Origin: an uncultured virus (IMG/VR IMGVR_UViG_3300027793_000087)
Taxonomy: Duplodnaviria; Heunggongvirae; Uroviricota; Caudoviricetes
DNA length: 20,000 nucleotides
IMG/VR virus record: IMGVR_UViG_3300027793_000087
Direction: 5' to 3' (one strand)
Below, in pieces: positions 1-8,327 of this stretch (its first letter is position 1; each line of letters starts with the position of its first letter). The notes beneath the pieces are model-generated. The model saw nothing but the letters and a program-made list of their open reading frames with translations, searched no databases and had not been told where the DNA came from. A program made the position numbers and the translations under genes.

Positions 1-631
1 CAAATCCGCGCTTGAGACGGGCAAGTTCCAACAAAACGCCCCGTACGCCGGGGCCGTAAACCTTGCCAACATCCTCGGAGGCGTAAAGACAGGACAGGAT
101 ATTACCAAGTCCGTGCAGCTGGGCGGGCTAAACCAGATCATGGGCCTCTTGTCCGGTGTGCAGGGTGGTATTGGGGCGCTTACCGGAGACTACATGCGAG
201 ACTCTACCGGCAAGATTCTTACCGACAAACAGGGCAACCCAATTAAGCGACAGGGATTACTTGACCAGCTTGGAATTAAAGGCGGCCTTACCTCGCTCGG
301 AAACTTCTTTAGAAATCCGTCAACTCTTCCGCCTGTCACTCACACAAGCCCCGACTCTGGCGCCGTGTTTGACTCCGAGTCTGGGTTGACGTTTGTCACG
401 GGCGCGGACGGAAACCAGTACTCAATCGACGTCAGCGGAAACTACTACGACGCCGGCGGTAATTTAATATGGTCGCCTGGTGGTGCGTACTCAGACGAGC
501 CAGACTACGGCTACGGTTATGGTGATGAAGCAGAAAATCCAAACTATTACTACGACTTTGGGTACGGTGACAACAACACAAACCAAAGCTATACCTATGA
601 CCCAAACTATGACTTTGGGTACGGGGACTAA
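1..631 (+). CDS. Putative virion/DNA-ejection protein, 5'-partial
   Basis: The frame of the listed 113..631 ORF is open from base 2 (KSALETGKFQQNAPYAGAVNLANILGG...). It is Gly/Gln/Asn-rich with a Tyr/Asp/Gly-rich C-terminus, and its stop lies 2 nt before the next ATG. Function is inferred from composition and context only. Confidence 0.55.
   Translation, partial: KSALETGKFQQNAPYAGAVNLANILGGVKTGQDITKSVQLGGLNQIMGLLSGVQGGIGALTGDYMRDSTGKILTDKQGNPIKRQGLLDQLGIKGGLTSLGNFFRNPSTLPPVTHTSPDSGAVFDSESGLTFVTGADGNQYSIDVSGNYYDAGGNLIWSPGGAYSDEPDYGYGYGDEAENPNYYYDFGYGDNNTNQSYTYDPNYDFGYGD
551..628 (+). repeat. Direct repeat encoding YDFGYGD twice
   Basis: tacgactttgggtacggtgac (551-571) and tatgactttgggtacggggac (608-628), with a degenerate DYGYGYGD copy upstream. 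Confidence 0.75.
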
Positions 632-633
632 CG

Positions 634-2562
634 ATGAGCGGACTTTCCTACTTTGATAACGGCGGCGCAGCGCAATCAGAAGACGCCACGGTAATGGTCA
701 AGCCTACCGCAGGTCGCGGTAGGTACGGTCTTCCAACGGTAACGACAAACTTGCCTGTCAACACCGGCGTCTTGTCCAGCATGGAGCAGCTGTACCAGGA
801 CAAACTGTCGCAGCAGCAGGGTTTTATGGAAGCCATGAAGGACGCCGCGGCATGGTGGTCTGGCGGAATTGAGGGCCCTGGCGCCGCTTTATCTAGAAGG
901 ACCAAAGAGCGCGAAGAACAAACCGCTAACCTGTTCCAGCTCCAGACGCAGATCGCGCAGTACCGCGCGGCGCAGGAGGCACAGAAAAACTTTGAGCGTC
1001 GCAGAACTGGAGAGCTAGGTCAGATTCCAGGAGCTGCGGGACAGCCTCCCTCGCTGGCGTCTCAAATGTTTGGCATGCCTGCCGAGATTCGCCAGGCCCT
1101 TATGAACGCCAAGACAGAGGCGGAGTACGACAAGATATACGGAGAGTGGGCCAAGAAGAAGGCAGAGGTAGAGGCAAGCCCAGAGTTTGACGTTCCGAAG
1201 ATTCCGGTAGTTACTTGGAACGAAGAGACAAATGAGTGGCAGCGCGATGTCATATCCGCTCGCCAGCTTCGTGCCAACCCAAACAAGTACCTCAGCCCGG
1301 AGAGCGTTCCCTCGGCGCCTGCCAAGAAAGAGGCTCCCAAGCCTGCAGCGGCAGCAACACCGCCCGAGGCGGCCCCGCCGCCTGCAGCGGTTGCTGAGGC
1401 CCCGCCCCCGGCAGCGGTCGCGGAGGCACCATCCCCGGAGGCCGCGCCAAGGGCACAACCCGTAAACTACACATTCAGCGAGCTGACTCCCGACCAGATT
1501 AAGAGGATGAGCGAGCAGGGCCGTGCCATGGGCCTAATTAACAACGTCATGGAGCGCCCGGATGCCGCAGAGCTCTTTGACAAGCAGCCACTTGAAAAAC
1601 GCAAGGCCGTTTTCAACGCACTGCAGACTCCTCCGGTTCAGGTTGCAGCAGCACCATCTACGACCATGACGGACGTGACGGCACCGACCACGGGAACGAT
1701 GAGGCCAACGACTCAGGTGGCGCAGGCTCCTGCTGCCGCACCGGCTCCGGCTCCGGCTCCGGCACGTCCACCAAAACCAACAGCTAGCCAGCTCGAGCGG
1801 CAGGCCGAGATAGATAAGCAGGTGGAAATTGCAGCGGCAACCAAAAAGCTTGAGTCTGATAAAACTCAGCGTGATCTTTATGAAAAAGAAGCAGATCCTT
1901 TACTTATTTCAGAAAGAAAAACTCGAGCCGAGGCTGTACAAAAACTTGTAACTGAAGACCCAACAATTGTTGGTGTTTTGATGCAGCCAAACGTTAAGAG
2001 CGCAATTGCAAACGTAATCCAGCAAGGCCTCTCTACTCCGAGCGGATCCATATCTATCTCTGGTTTGAGCGACGCAATCTTCCAGACGCTGCCGACCACT
2101 ATGAGCCTTACCAAGCGGCGCGAGGTGGCTGGATACATTGCACAGATGGAACTAGATGCGGCCAAAGCAATGAACGGTCAGGGCCAGATCTCTGACTCCG
2201 AGCGACAAATTATTAGGGCCGCTTCTATTAGCATTGAGGACCCGGCAGAAGTAGTGGTCAAGAAGGCCATGATGATGCAGGCACGACAAGAGACGCTGGA
2301 GAAGTTAAACCAAATCTACGGCGATGGAAGCAAGTTTATTAAAAACTTTGGGGCGTTTAAGAACGATCCCCAATACAAGGCAATACAAAAAGAATACGAA
2401 GAAAGACTTCGTGCAATTGCAAAACAAGAGATTAAGATTGATCGGTCCATGGTTGGTAAGATCGGCGGAGGGGATCAGAAGCCGCCAACAAAAGTTCAAC
2501 CGTTTGGGGATGCAGAGAAAGAGCGTCGCTATCAAGAGTGGAAACGGAGCCAGGGCAAATGA
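634..2562 (+). CDS. Putative internal virion (ejection) protein, 642 aa
   Basis: Long ORF with Ala/Gln/Glu-rich helical segments and Pro/Ala linkers, tightly coupled to its neighbours. The N-terminus MSGLSYFDNGG carries the xxxGG motif. Confidence 0.6.
   Translation: MSGLSYFDNGGAAQSEDATVMVKPTAGRGRYGLPTVTTNLPVNTGVLSSMEQLYQDKLSQQQGFMEAMKDAAAWWSGGIEGPGAALSRRTKEREEQTANLFQLQTQIAQYRAAQEAQKNFERRRTGELGQIPGAAGQPPSLASQMFGMPAEIRQALMNAKTEAEYDKIYGEWAKKKAEVEASPEFDVPKIPVVTWNEETNEWQRDVISARQLRANPNKYLSPESVPSAPAKKEAPKPAAAATPPEAAPPPAAVAEAPPPAAVAEAPSPEAAPRAQPVNYTFSELTPDQIKRMSEQGRAMGLINNVMERPDAAELFDKQPLEKRKAVFNALQTPPVQVAAAPSTTMTDVTAPTTGTMRPTTQVAQAPAAAPAPAPAPARPPKPTASQLERQAEIDKQVEIAAATKKLESDKTQRDLYEKEADPLLISERKTRAEAVQKLVTEDPTIVGVLMQPNVKSAIANVIQQGLSTPSGSISISGLSDAIFQTLPTTMSLTKRREVAGYIAQMELDAAKAMNGQGQISDSERQIIRAASISIEDPAEVVVKKAMMMQARQETLEKLNQIYGDGSKFIKNFGAFKNDPQYKAIQKEYEERLRAIAKQEIKIDRSMVGKIGGGDQKPPTKVQPFGDAEKERRYQEWKRSQGK
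1366..1440 (+). repeat. Imperfect 27-nt tandem repeat encoding PPPAAVAEA (Pro/Ala linker)
   Basis: Protein reads EAAPPPAAVAEAPPPAAVAEAPSPE. A second low-complexity run, (ccggct)x3 at about 1741-1758, encodes PAPAPA. Confidence 0.7.
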
Positions 2563-4358
2563 CAGACCAGGAACGCGAAGAGTTTGAGTTTCGCCTTAGG
2601 CTAGAAAAAGAGGCCGAGGCCAACAAGTCAGTATCCGATAAGGTTGAAGAGTTTACGGGCGTGGGCGTCTCCAGCCCCCTGTTTGGCGGGGCGGTTGGCG
2701 CCATAGCCGGGATACCGGCGGGTGCCGTAATTGAAGGCGCCACCAAGGGCGCGACGGCCCCAATACAACCGCGGACCGCGGTCGGGGCCGGCACGAGCGG
2801 GGAGAAGTGGCTGAGAAACTATGCAGGCATGGACAGGCCCGGTTTTACTGGCGGAGTGCCTCAGGCATCTGCGGCCTATCAGAGGTCAAAGGGCCAGGGG
2901 CCCGTCTCGTCAAGGGTGACTCAAAGGTTTGGCCCGGCGGCAAAGCTCGATATTGCAGGACAGCTTGAGGCGCAGCAGGCGGCACAAAGGGCGCGACCCT
3001 TTGCCGAGAGAGTAGCCGCAAGCATGCCGGAAAGTTTGCAACGCACTGGCCAAGCGGTACGTGGCGCGGCGGCTTCGGTGCCTACATGGCTCGGTCGTGG
3101 TTTGGCTGGAGGCAGCGCTGGATTCCAAGGCGTTGACGCGGTTAATAGAATAGAGCAAGACGATTATCTTGGAGGTTTAATCAGCGGGCTTGGGGCTGTT
3201 GGTTCAGGCGTGGCAATGATCCCTCACCCACTTACGCGCGGAATCGGCACAGCCGTTGGCGTAGCAGCCCCAGTGCTTAATGAAATTATTGACCGCGCTC
3301 GTAAAAGAGAAACACCAACAGAAATTTCAGCTGATACATATCCAATCGGTGCGGCATCTGGTGGAGCAATTCGTGGATACGCCGGAGGCAAGAGGGCGCT
3401 TGCCGATCTTGCCGTTGGCAAAGCTCCCGCAGGACTTGATTTCTTAAAAAAGGTTTTCGCCCCCGCTGAGTCAAAAGCCGTAAAGCTTAGCGAGGGGCTC
3501 GCTCCGTTTGAAGGTGGGAAGCTTCGCGTAACGCAGGCCGACAGAATGCGTGTCGGTGAGGGCATGAAGGGAGGCTCAGGTTTCCCTGGGCTGCAGCTTT
3601 CAGATCCCGAGCACGCCGCAAGACAAGCCGCCTGGATGACCGACGCTAAAAACGCGGCGACCATTCTCTCCAGGGCCGCACAAGAAAATCCTAAGACGGT
3701 TTTCTCTAACGTCCTTGGCACGCCAACGCAACATCATTCAAACCGCCAAGTGTTTGGAGACCTGCGTGACGCATACTTCCAGGCGTTAGACAAAGGAGAA
3801 GTCAGCCCGGAGTGGATTGAGAAGGCAAACCTACTCATACCTAAGCTGACTACGGGCAAGGAACGCAGCCCTCTGTTTTCACAGCCGTTTGACGTGCGAG
3901 ATAAGTTTGCCGTCCAGGAGCTGGTAGATACATTCGACCGTCGCGGTGCGTTGGCCAGTATGTTTGCCGGCGAAAGAACGGGCGGCGCTAAGAAGGGCGC
4001 GCTTCCGTTCTACTCCAGAATAGTAGAGTCGTACGCCGATCCGGCAACAAAGAACGCTCCCACGTACGCGATTGGAAATCGGTTGTTTACGCTAACCGGA
4101 GAGGCTCCTGAAAAGGTAACGGACTTACATCCGGCTTACGATTGGTTGTTGAAAGGTAAGGACGTAGGAGTGCACTTCGATCCAGTGCCGCAAGAAATCG
4201 CCATGCGAGACTTTTACTCTCAGATGGTGAAAGAAAAAGGACGCAAGCCGGGGACGTTTGAGTACACCCGCGGCTATCCAAGATCGCAAGACGTTACGGA
4301 AGATTACTTAACCTTTTTGCAACGTGAAGGATATAAGGACGGAGGCTTGTCGCGGTGA
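2559..4358 (+). CDS. Two-part putative virion protein: Gly/Ala-rich N-half plus globular C-terminal domain of unknown function
   Basis: The start is more likely ATG 2559 (ATGA overlap with the upstream stop) than GTG 2538. The halves are separated by AASGGAIRGYAGGK and the protein ends GYKDGGLSR. Confidence 0.65.
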   Translation: MTDQEREEFEFRLRLEKEAEANKSVSDKVEEFTGVGVSSPLFGGAVGAIAGIPAGAVIEGATKGATAPIQPRTAVGAGTSGEKWLRNYAGMDRPGFTGGVPQASAAYQRSKGQGPVSSRVTQRFGPAAKLDIAGQLEAQQAAQRARPFAERVAASMPESLQRTGQAVRGAAASVPTWLGRGLAGGSAGFQGVDAVNRIEQDDYLGGLISGLGAVGSGVAMIPHPLTRGIGTAVGVAAPVLNEIIDRARKRETPTEISADTYPIGAASGGAIRGYAGGKRALADLAVGKAPAGLDFLKKVFAPAESKAVKLSEGLAPFEGGKLRVTQADRMRVGEGMKGGSGFPGLQLSDPEHAARQAAWMTDAKNAATILSRAAQENPKTVFSNVLGTPTQHHSNRQVFGDLRDAYFQALDKGEVSPEWIEKANLLIPKLTTGKERSPLFSQPFDVRDKFAVQELVDTFDRRGALASMFAGERTGGAKKGALPFYSRIVESYADPATKNAPTYAIGNRLFTLTGEAPEKVTDLHPAYDWLLKGKDVGVHFDPVPQEIAMRDFYSQMVKEKGRKPGTFEYTRGYPRSQDVTEDYLTFLQREGYKDGGLSR

Positions 4359-5800
4359 AACCCCTCCTAGACCTGCGACGTCTTGCCCTCCTCAAGGACC
4401 CCAAGAAGAGGGCCTACGTCGAGGAGTTTACGCCTGGCTACTACCACGGCTCGCCCGCTCGTGACATCGAGGAGTTTGGGCCCGGCCCACGCGGTGCGAT
4501 ATTCGCAACGCAGGACCCCAAGTTTGCCGAGAGCTTTGTGCCCGGTGGCAAGAAGGGCCAGACGTTTGGAACGGGCGGTACGATGTACCCTCTTTCGATC
4601 CGCAAGGGAAAACACTTCGACCCCGAGGACCCGGCCAACGCCCCGTTCCTTGAGAGGTACATGGAGCAGTACAACGCCAACATTTTGCCAGGTCAGGGGC
4701 GCCTGCTGCCGAACGTGTTTACCGGCCGCAACACCTGGCTCTCGATGGAGAACCCGAAGTTTATGCAGGCGCTAAAAGATGCCGGTTACGACACGTTCTC
4801 CGTGACAGAGGGCGGCGTCAAAAACATTGGAGTGTTTGACCCAAAGAACATCAGGGGCAGGTTCGCCGAGTACGACCCTGCCAAGAAGGAGTCAGGAGAC
4901 TTTATGAAGGCAGAAGGCGGTCTGGCACATCTGGCAGCGGGCGGTAGAGGAGAGCTGGCAAAGCGCGCAGCAAACTTAATCCTTCCACCGGCAGAGAACG
5001 CTGCTCGTACACAAATCATTGGCACACTCCCGACCTACAGAAAGGCCGCGGAGGAGTTTCAGCGTCGCGGGGCGCAGGGTAGGGGCCTGGATTTTGGCGC
5101 CGGGCTTGGCGAGGGCGCGAAGGTCATGCCGGGCCAGTACGAGACCTATGAGCCCTTTGCTCGCGGGTGGAGCCCGACATACTCCGAGATGTCGCAGATC
5201 CCTCAGGGGGCCTACAATCGACTCACAAACCTAAACGTACTAAACGTTGTCCCCCGCGAGGTTCGGGATGAGATCGTTCAGGGCATCGGTCGCAGCATGG
5301 AGCCAGGTGGTCTTGGACTGATTACGACCCGAGGGGCGGATGTTATGAAGGCAACCGGCCGACCCGGTCCGGAGCCGATGTCGGTCATCACCAGCCGCGA
5401 CACTTACCAGAAGGGATTTACTAACCCCGAGCTGCAGGACTACCTGAAGTACATCCTCGGCTCCGGATACGACATCGAGAGGCTGGGACTTGGCCCGGCT
5501 GGTGCCGCGATCCGCAAGAAGGCAGAGGGCGGTCTGGCTCAGATGGCCGAGGGCGGCAAGACACCGGCATGGCAGCGCAAGGAGGGCAAGAACCCCGAGG
5601 GCGGCCTGAACGCCAAGGGTCGAGCATCGTACAAGGCCGAGACCGGCGGGACACTGAAGCGTCCCCAGCCCGAGGGCGGCGCTCGCCGTGACTCGTTCTG
5701 TGCCAGGATGAAGGGCATGAAGAAGAAGCTTACCTCGGCCAAGACGGCAAACGACCCAGACAGCCGCATCAACAAGTCGCTAAGGGCGTGGAACTGCTGA
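4355..5800 (+). CDS. Three-domain protein: ADP-ribosyltransferase-like (polyvalent-protein type) domain, class I SAM methyltransferase, and small basic C-terminal domain (DUF6321-like)
   Basis: GTGA overlap with the upstream stop. Domain 1: YYHGS...GAIFATQDPKFAESF...MYPL...LKDAGYD...VFDPKNIR. Domain 2: motif I GLDFGAGLG, then YEPF and LNVLNVV. Domain 3: AWQRKEGKNPEGGLNAKGRASY...SFCARM...SRINKSLRAWNC. Family names are recalled, not searched. Confidence 0.7.
   Translation: MKPLLDLRRLALLKDPKKRAYVEEFTPGYYHGSPARDIEEFGPGPRGAIFATQDPKFAESFVPGGKKGQTFGTGGTMYPLSIRKGKHFDPEDPANAPFLERYMEQYNANILPGQGRLLPNVFTGRNTWLSMENPKFMQALKDAGYDTFSVTEGGVKNIGVFDPKNIRGRFAEYDPAKKESGDFMKAEGGLAHLAAGGRGELAKRAANLILPPAENAARTQIIGTLPTYRKAAEEFQRRGAQGRGLDFGAGLGEGAKVMPGQYETYEPFARGWSPTYSEMSQIPQGAYNRLTNLNVLNVVPREVRDEIVQGIGRSMEPGGLGLITTRGADVMKATGRPGPEPMSVITSRDTYQKGFTNPELQDYLKYILGSGYDIERLGLGPAGAAIRKKAEGGLAQMAEGGKTPAWQRKEGKNPEGGLNAKGRASYKAETGGTLKRPQPEGGARRDSFCARMKGMKKKLTSAKTANDPDSRINKSLRAWNC
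4907..5556 (+). repeat. Pair of 38-nt direct repeats (4907-4944, 5519-5556) encoding KAEGGLA[H/Q][L/M]A[A/E]GG and flanking the methyltransferase domain
   Basis: aaggcagaaggcggtctggcacatctggcagcgggcgg versus aaggcagagggcggtctggctcagatggccgagggcgg: 32/38 identical by manual count. Confidence 0.85.
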
Positions 5801-5801
5801 C

Positions 5802-6041
5802 ATGGCCTCGTTCTTCGTCGCGGTCATATTCTGGTGCACCCAAGAGGGCTGCATCTTTTCCTATTCCAACGACCAGTTTCCTAACAAGCACGACTGCGTT
5901 ATGTCGATGGACCAGGAGATAGGGAAGATGCGCGACCCGAAGCTGAGGGTTATATCGGCACACGGCTCCTGCCTGGAGTTTAAGCAGGAGCGGCGTGTTT
6001 TATTTACGGTATCGTTTACCTACCCATCCCTCGGCCGCTAG
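5802..6041 (+). CDS. Small hypothetical protein with hydrophobic N-terminus and 4 Cys
   Basis: ATG 1 nt after the upstream stop; FFVAVIFWC...C...C...C. The 3' end overlaps the convergent polymerase gene by 42 nt. Confidence 0.5.
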   Translation: MASFFVAVIFWCTQEGCIFSYSNDQFPNKHDCVMSMDQEIGKMRDPKLRVISAHGSCLEFKQERRVLFTVSFTYPSLGR

Positions 6042-7892
6042 AGGGAAGCCTGGAGCCCACTTAGGTGGCGTGGTCATAACCTCGGTCACGCGAGCTAAGG
6101 CGGACTCGCCGTCTGCCTCCTTGACTAAGAGGAGAATCTCATCGTGGATGCAGTTGACCACTTCAAATCCGTCCTGCTCAAGCCGAAGCATGGACTCGGT
6201 AAGAAAATCACGCGCGGTACCCTGGACAGCGCTCTGAAATACGCTCGACCCAATAAGCTTGTTTCGGCCCCACTTGCGGGTAAAGGTGTTCTGGTTGCGG
6301 ACGGTAACCCCGTCCCTGACCTCGCCCCAGGGAGTCATCTGAGGCTCGACCATCGGGTCTCTCCAGCAGATCAGCCGGCCGCTGGGAAGGCACATCCAAA
6401 GGGCTCCTTTCGCAGCCTTAAAGAGAACTTTGCCTGACTTGATCGGCGTGCCCGGTACACGTATAGCCTCGATGGCGGCACGCTCAAACTCGTACCAGCT
6501 CTCCTTGACCCGGACGTATTCCTCGCGGTAGGCCTTCACGGCCTGCTCGCTCTGCGCCGGGGTCAGCTTTACCCCCATCCCGTCCGCGTACTCGACCAGT
6601 CCCTTGGCGCCTTGTCCGAACATGCAGCCCAGGACGGCAGACTTGGAAACCTGTCGCATGTCCTTGGTAACTTCTTCGTACGGTACCCTGTAAAGGCTCT
6701 TTGATGCAAACGTCTTGTACTCGTCCAGCCCGCTGCGGAACATTTCGACCTTGTCATTTTGCCCGGCAATCCATGACGCCACCCTGTTCTCTATACTCGA
6801 GAAGTCGGCGTCCACAAAAACATGGCCGTAGGGGGCCTTAATTGAGCTCCTGACGAGGCTGGATAGCTCGTCCATGGTGCCACCCCTGCCCTGTACCAAG
6901 ATCCTCTCCACGGCCTCATCAAGAGCCTCACCGTCGAGGTGTGGCCTGGCAAGGTTCTGGAGGTTGAGACCTCCCCTGGAGGCAAAGCGCCCGGTGCTAG
7001 CTCCGTGGTAGACCAGGGTGTTGCGGATCCTGCCACCGACCTGGACCTCGAGCATCTTGTCGTACTTGGCGGTGCTGGTCAGTGAACCCTGACGGCGCAG
7101 CTCCAGTACCCGACTAATCTTGTCGGGCATATCCTTGCGCTCGAGTAGTTTCTGGACGGTCTCCGCGGTCAAGTCCTCGACCTGGATACCTCCCTCCCTA
7201 AGCCACTGCCCGATCTTGGCCGGCTGGTTGGCCGTGATGCCCCCAGTCAGCATCGTGATCTCGGACTCTATCTTGGCCTTGTTGATGGTCACTGTCGCGA
7301 TCGCGCGCTGCAGCTCTGACGGGTCCACGGGCACGCCGCGGTCGTTAATAATTTGGGTCAGGACCCACAGCTCCTGCTCCTGGTCGGACAGGGGCCGGCA
7401 TTTCTCGGCCACGGCCATCTCGGTCCGGACGTCCTGCATGCAGTACTCGTACATCTGGGCCAGCAGCGCGGGGTCCTTGTTGAACTGGCCCTTGCGGTCT
7501 GGCTTGGACAGCTTCTGTATCAGCCTTCGCCCCGTGACGTCCTTCTGCTCGGATACGCCAAGAAAGATCGCGGCCTCCTCGAGCGACTGCGGGATGTTAG
7601 ACGCCGCGGCCATGGCCATGGAGTCGGTAAAGTTTTTCCAGCGGACGGGTAGCTTCAGGACGTGGCGGAGTATGTTGTACTCAAAGGCCGCGTTCCATGC
7701 TGAGAATCTTACCGTGGGGTCGGATAGCCAGAACGGCATCGTCTGGTCCGGAGTCCATATCTTGACTGGTGCCCCGGGGAAGCAGTAGGCCATGCAGATG
7801 ACCTCCGTGCTCTTGTCCCTGGCGTACTTGTCCAGGCCGTAGGTCGGGAGGTCTACCAGGCTTCGTGTCTCAAAGTCGATGCTGATGTTCAT
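6000..7892 (-). CDS. polA: Phage DNA polymerase, family A, with N-terminal 3'-5' exonuclease
   Basis: ExoI IDFETRS, ExoII AWNAAFE, ExoIII YCMQDV; HGASTGRFAS, LNLQNL; motif A DADFSSIENRV, motif B RQVSKSAVLGCMFG, motif C IHDEI. Start reassigned to ATG 7892, preceded by SD AGGAG. Confidence 0.95.
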   Translation of the reverse strand: MNISIDFETRSLVDLPTYGLDKYARDKSTEVICMAYCFPGAPVKIWTPDQTMPFWLSDPTVRFSAWNAAFEYNILRHVLKLPVRWKNFTDSMAMAAASNIPQSLEEAAIFLGVSEQKDVTGRRLIQKLSKPDRKGQFNKDPALLAQMYEYCMQDVRTEMAVAEKCRPLSDQEQELWVLTQIINDRGVPVDPSELQRAIATVTINKAKIESEITMLTGGITANQPAKIGQWLREGGIQVEDLTAETVQKLLERKDMPDKISRVLELRRQGSLTSTAKYDKMLEVQVGGRIRNTLVYHGASTGRFASRGGLNLQNLARPHLDGEALDEAVERILVQGRGGTMDELSSLVRSSIKAPYGHVFVDADFSSIENRVASWIAGQNDKVEMFRSGLDEYKTFASKSLYRVPYEEVTKDMRQVSKSAVLGCMFGQGAKGLVEYADGMGVKLTPAQSEQAVKAYREEYVRVKESWYEFERAAIEAIRVPGTPIKSGKVLFKAAKGALWMCLPSGRLICWRDPMVEPQMTPWGEVRDGVTVRNQNTFTRKWGRNKLIGSSVFQSAVQGTARDFLTESMLRLEQDGFEVVNCIHDEILLLVKEADGESALARVTEVMTTPPKWAPGFPLAAEGWVGKRYRK

Positions 7893-7943
7893 ACGTGCTC
7901 CTGTGGCAAGCCGACGAGTCGGCGGTTGAGAGGGTACTGCCTT

Positions 7944-7978
7944 GGCGCGCTGCCAGTACGCCATACTGGCAGCGCGCC
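7944..7978. promoter_or_regulatory. Perfect 15-bp inverted repeat upstream of polA
   Basis: GGCGCGCTGCCAGTA-CGCCA-TACTGGCAGCGCGCC, with no U-tract on either side. Confidence 0.7.
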
Positions 7979-8083
7979 GGCCACGTCAGCAGAGAGAAAG
8001 GTTGGGGCTGAATCCATAAAGCCCGTTGAGCCCTGCCCGTGACTGCGGATGTTTTGCCCCACCTTCCGCTGGGGGTGTTTTGT

Positions 8084-8111
8084 ATTCTAACAGCTTTTCA
8101 GAATTCTAACA
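8084..8111 (-). promoter_or_regulatory. Candidate extended -10 promoter(s) for polA
   Basis: On the - strand TGTTAGAAT occurs twice (8111-8103, 8092-8084), matching TGn-TAnAAT, in an AT-rich patch just after a U-tract. Confidence 0.45.
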
Positions 8112-8126
8112 TCATCAATGTTACAT

Positions 8127-8230
8127 AAAAAAGTAGGGGGCCAGATTTGGTGGCTGCTACACGCGGCTATGAAGGCAGAAAAATACACCGCTTGCCACAT
8201 CCTCTCGAGGTCTGCCTGACACCCCCCACA
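8127..8230 (-). ncRNA. Candidate structured ncRNA (~100 nt) between nrdJ and polA
   Basis: 5' GUGGGGG pairs with 3' CCCCUAC, followed by U6. Inner stems GUGGC/GCCAC and GCGG/CCGC; AGGCAGA is complementary to the loop sequence UCUGCCU. Confidence 0.5.
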
Positions 8231-8327
8231 AGCTACTTCACCATGCAACACACAAATTAAATGCCTTGCCTCCAACGCCAAGCCATATTCCAATTCCATA
8301 GGTTTAGCGGCGGGCACTTCCAGACGC

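Noticed and set aside
7120..7788. 222-aa + strand ORF and similar antisense ORFs over polA, nrdJ, the helicase and + strand genes
   Set aside because: Antisense open frames are expected from codon bias in GC-rich genes; Ser/Arg-rich translations with no motifs.
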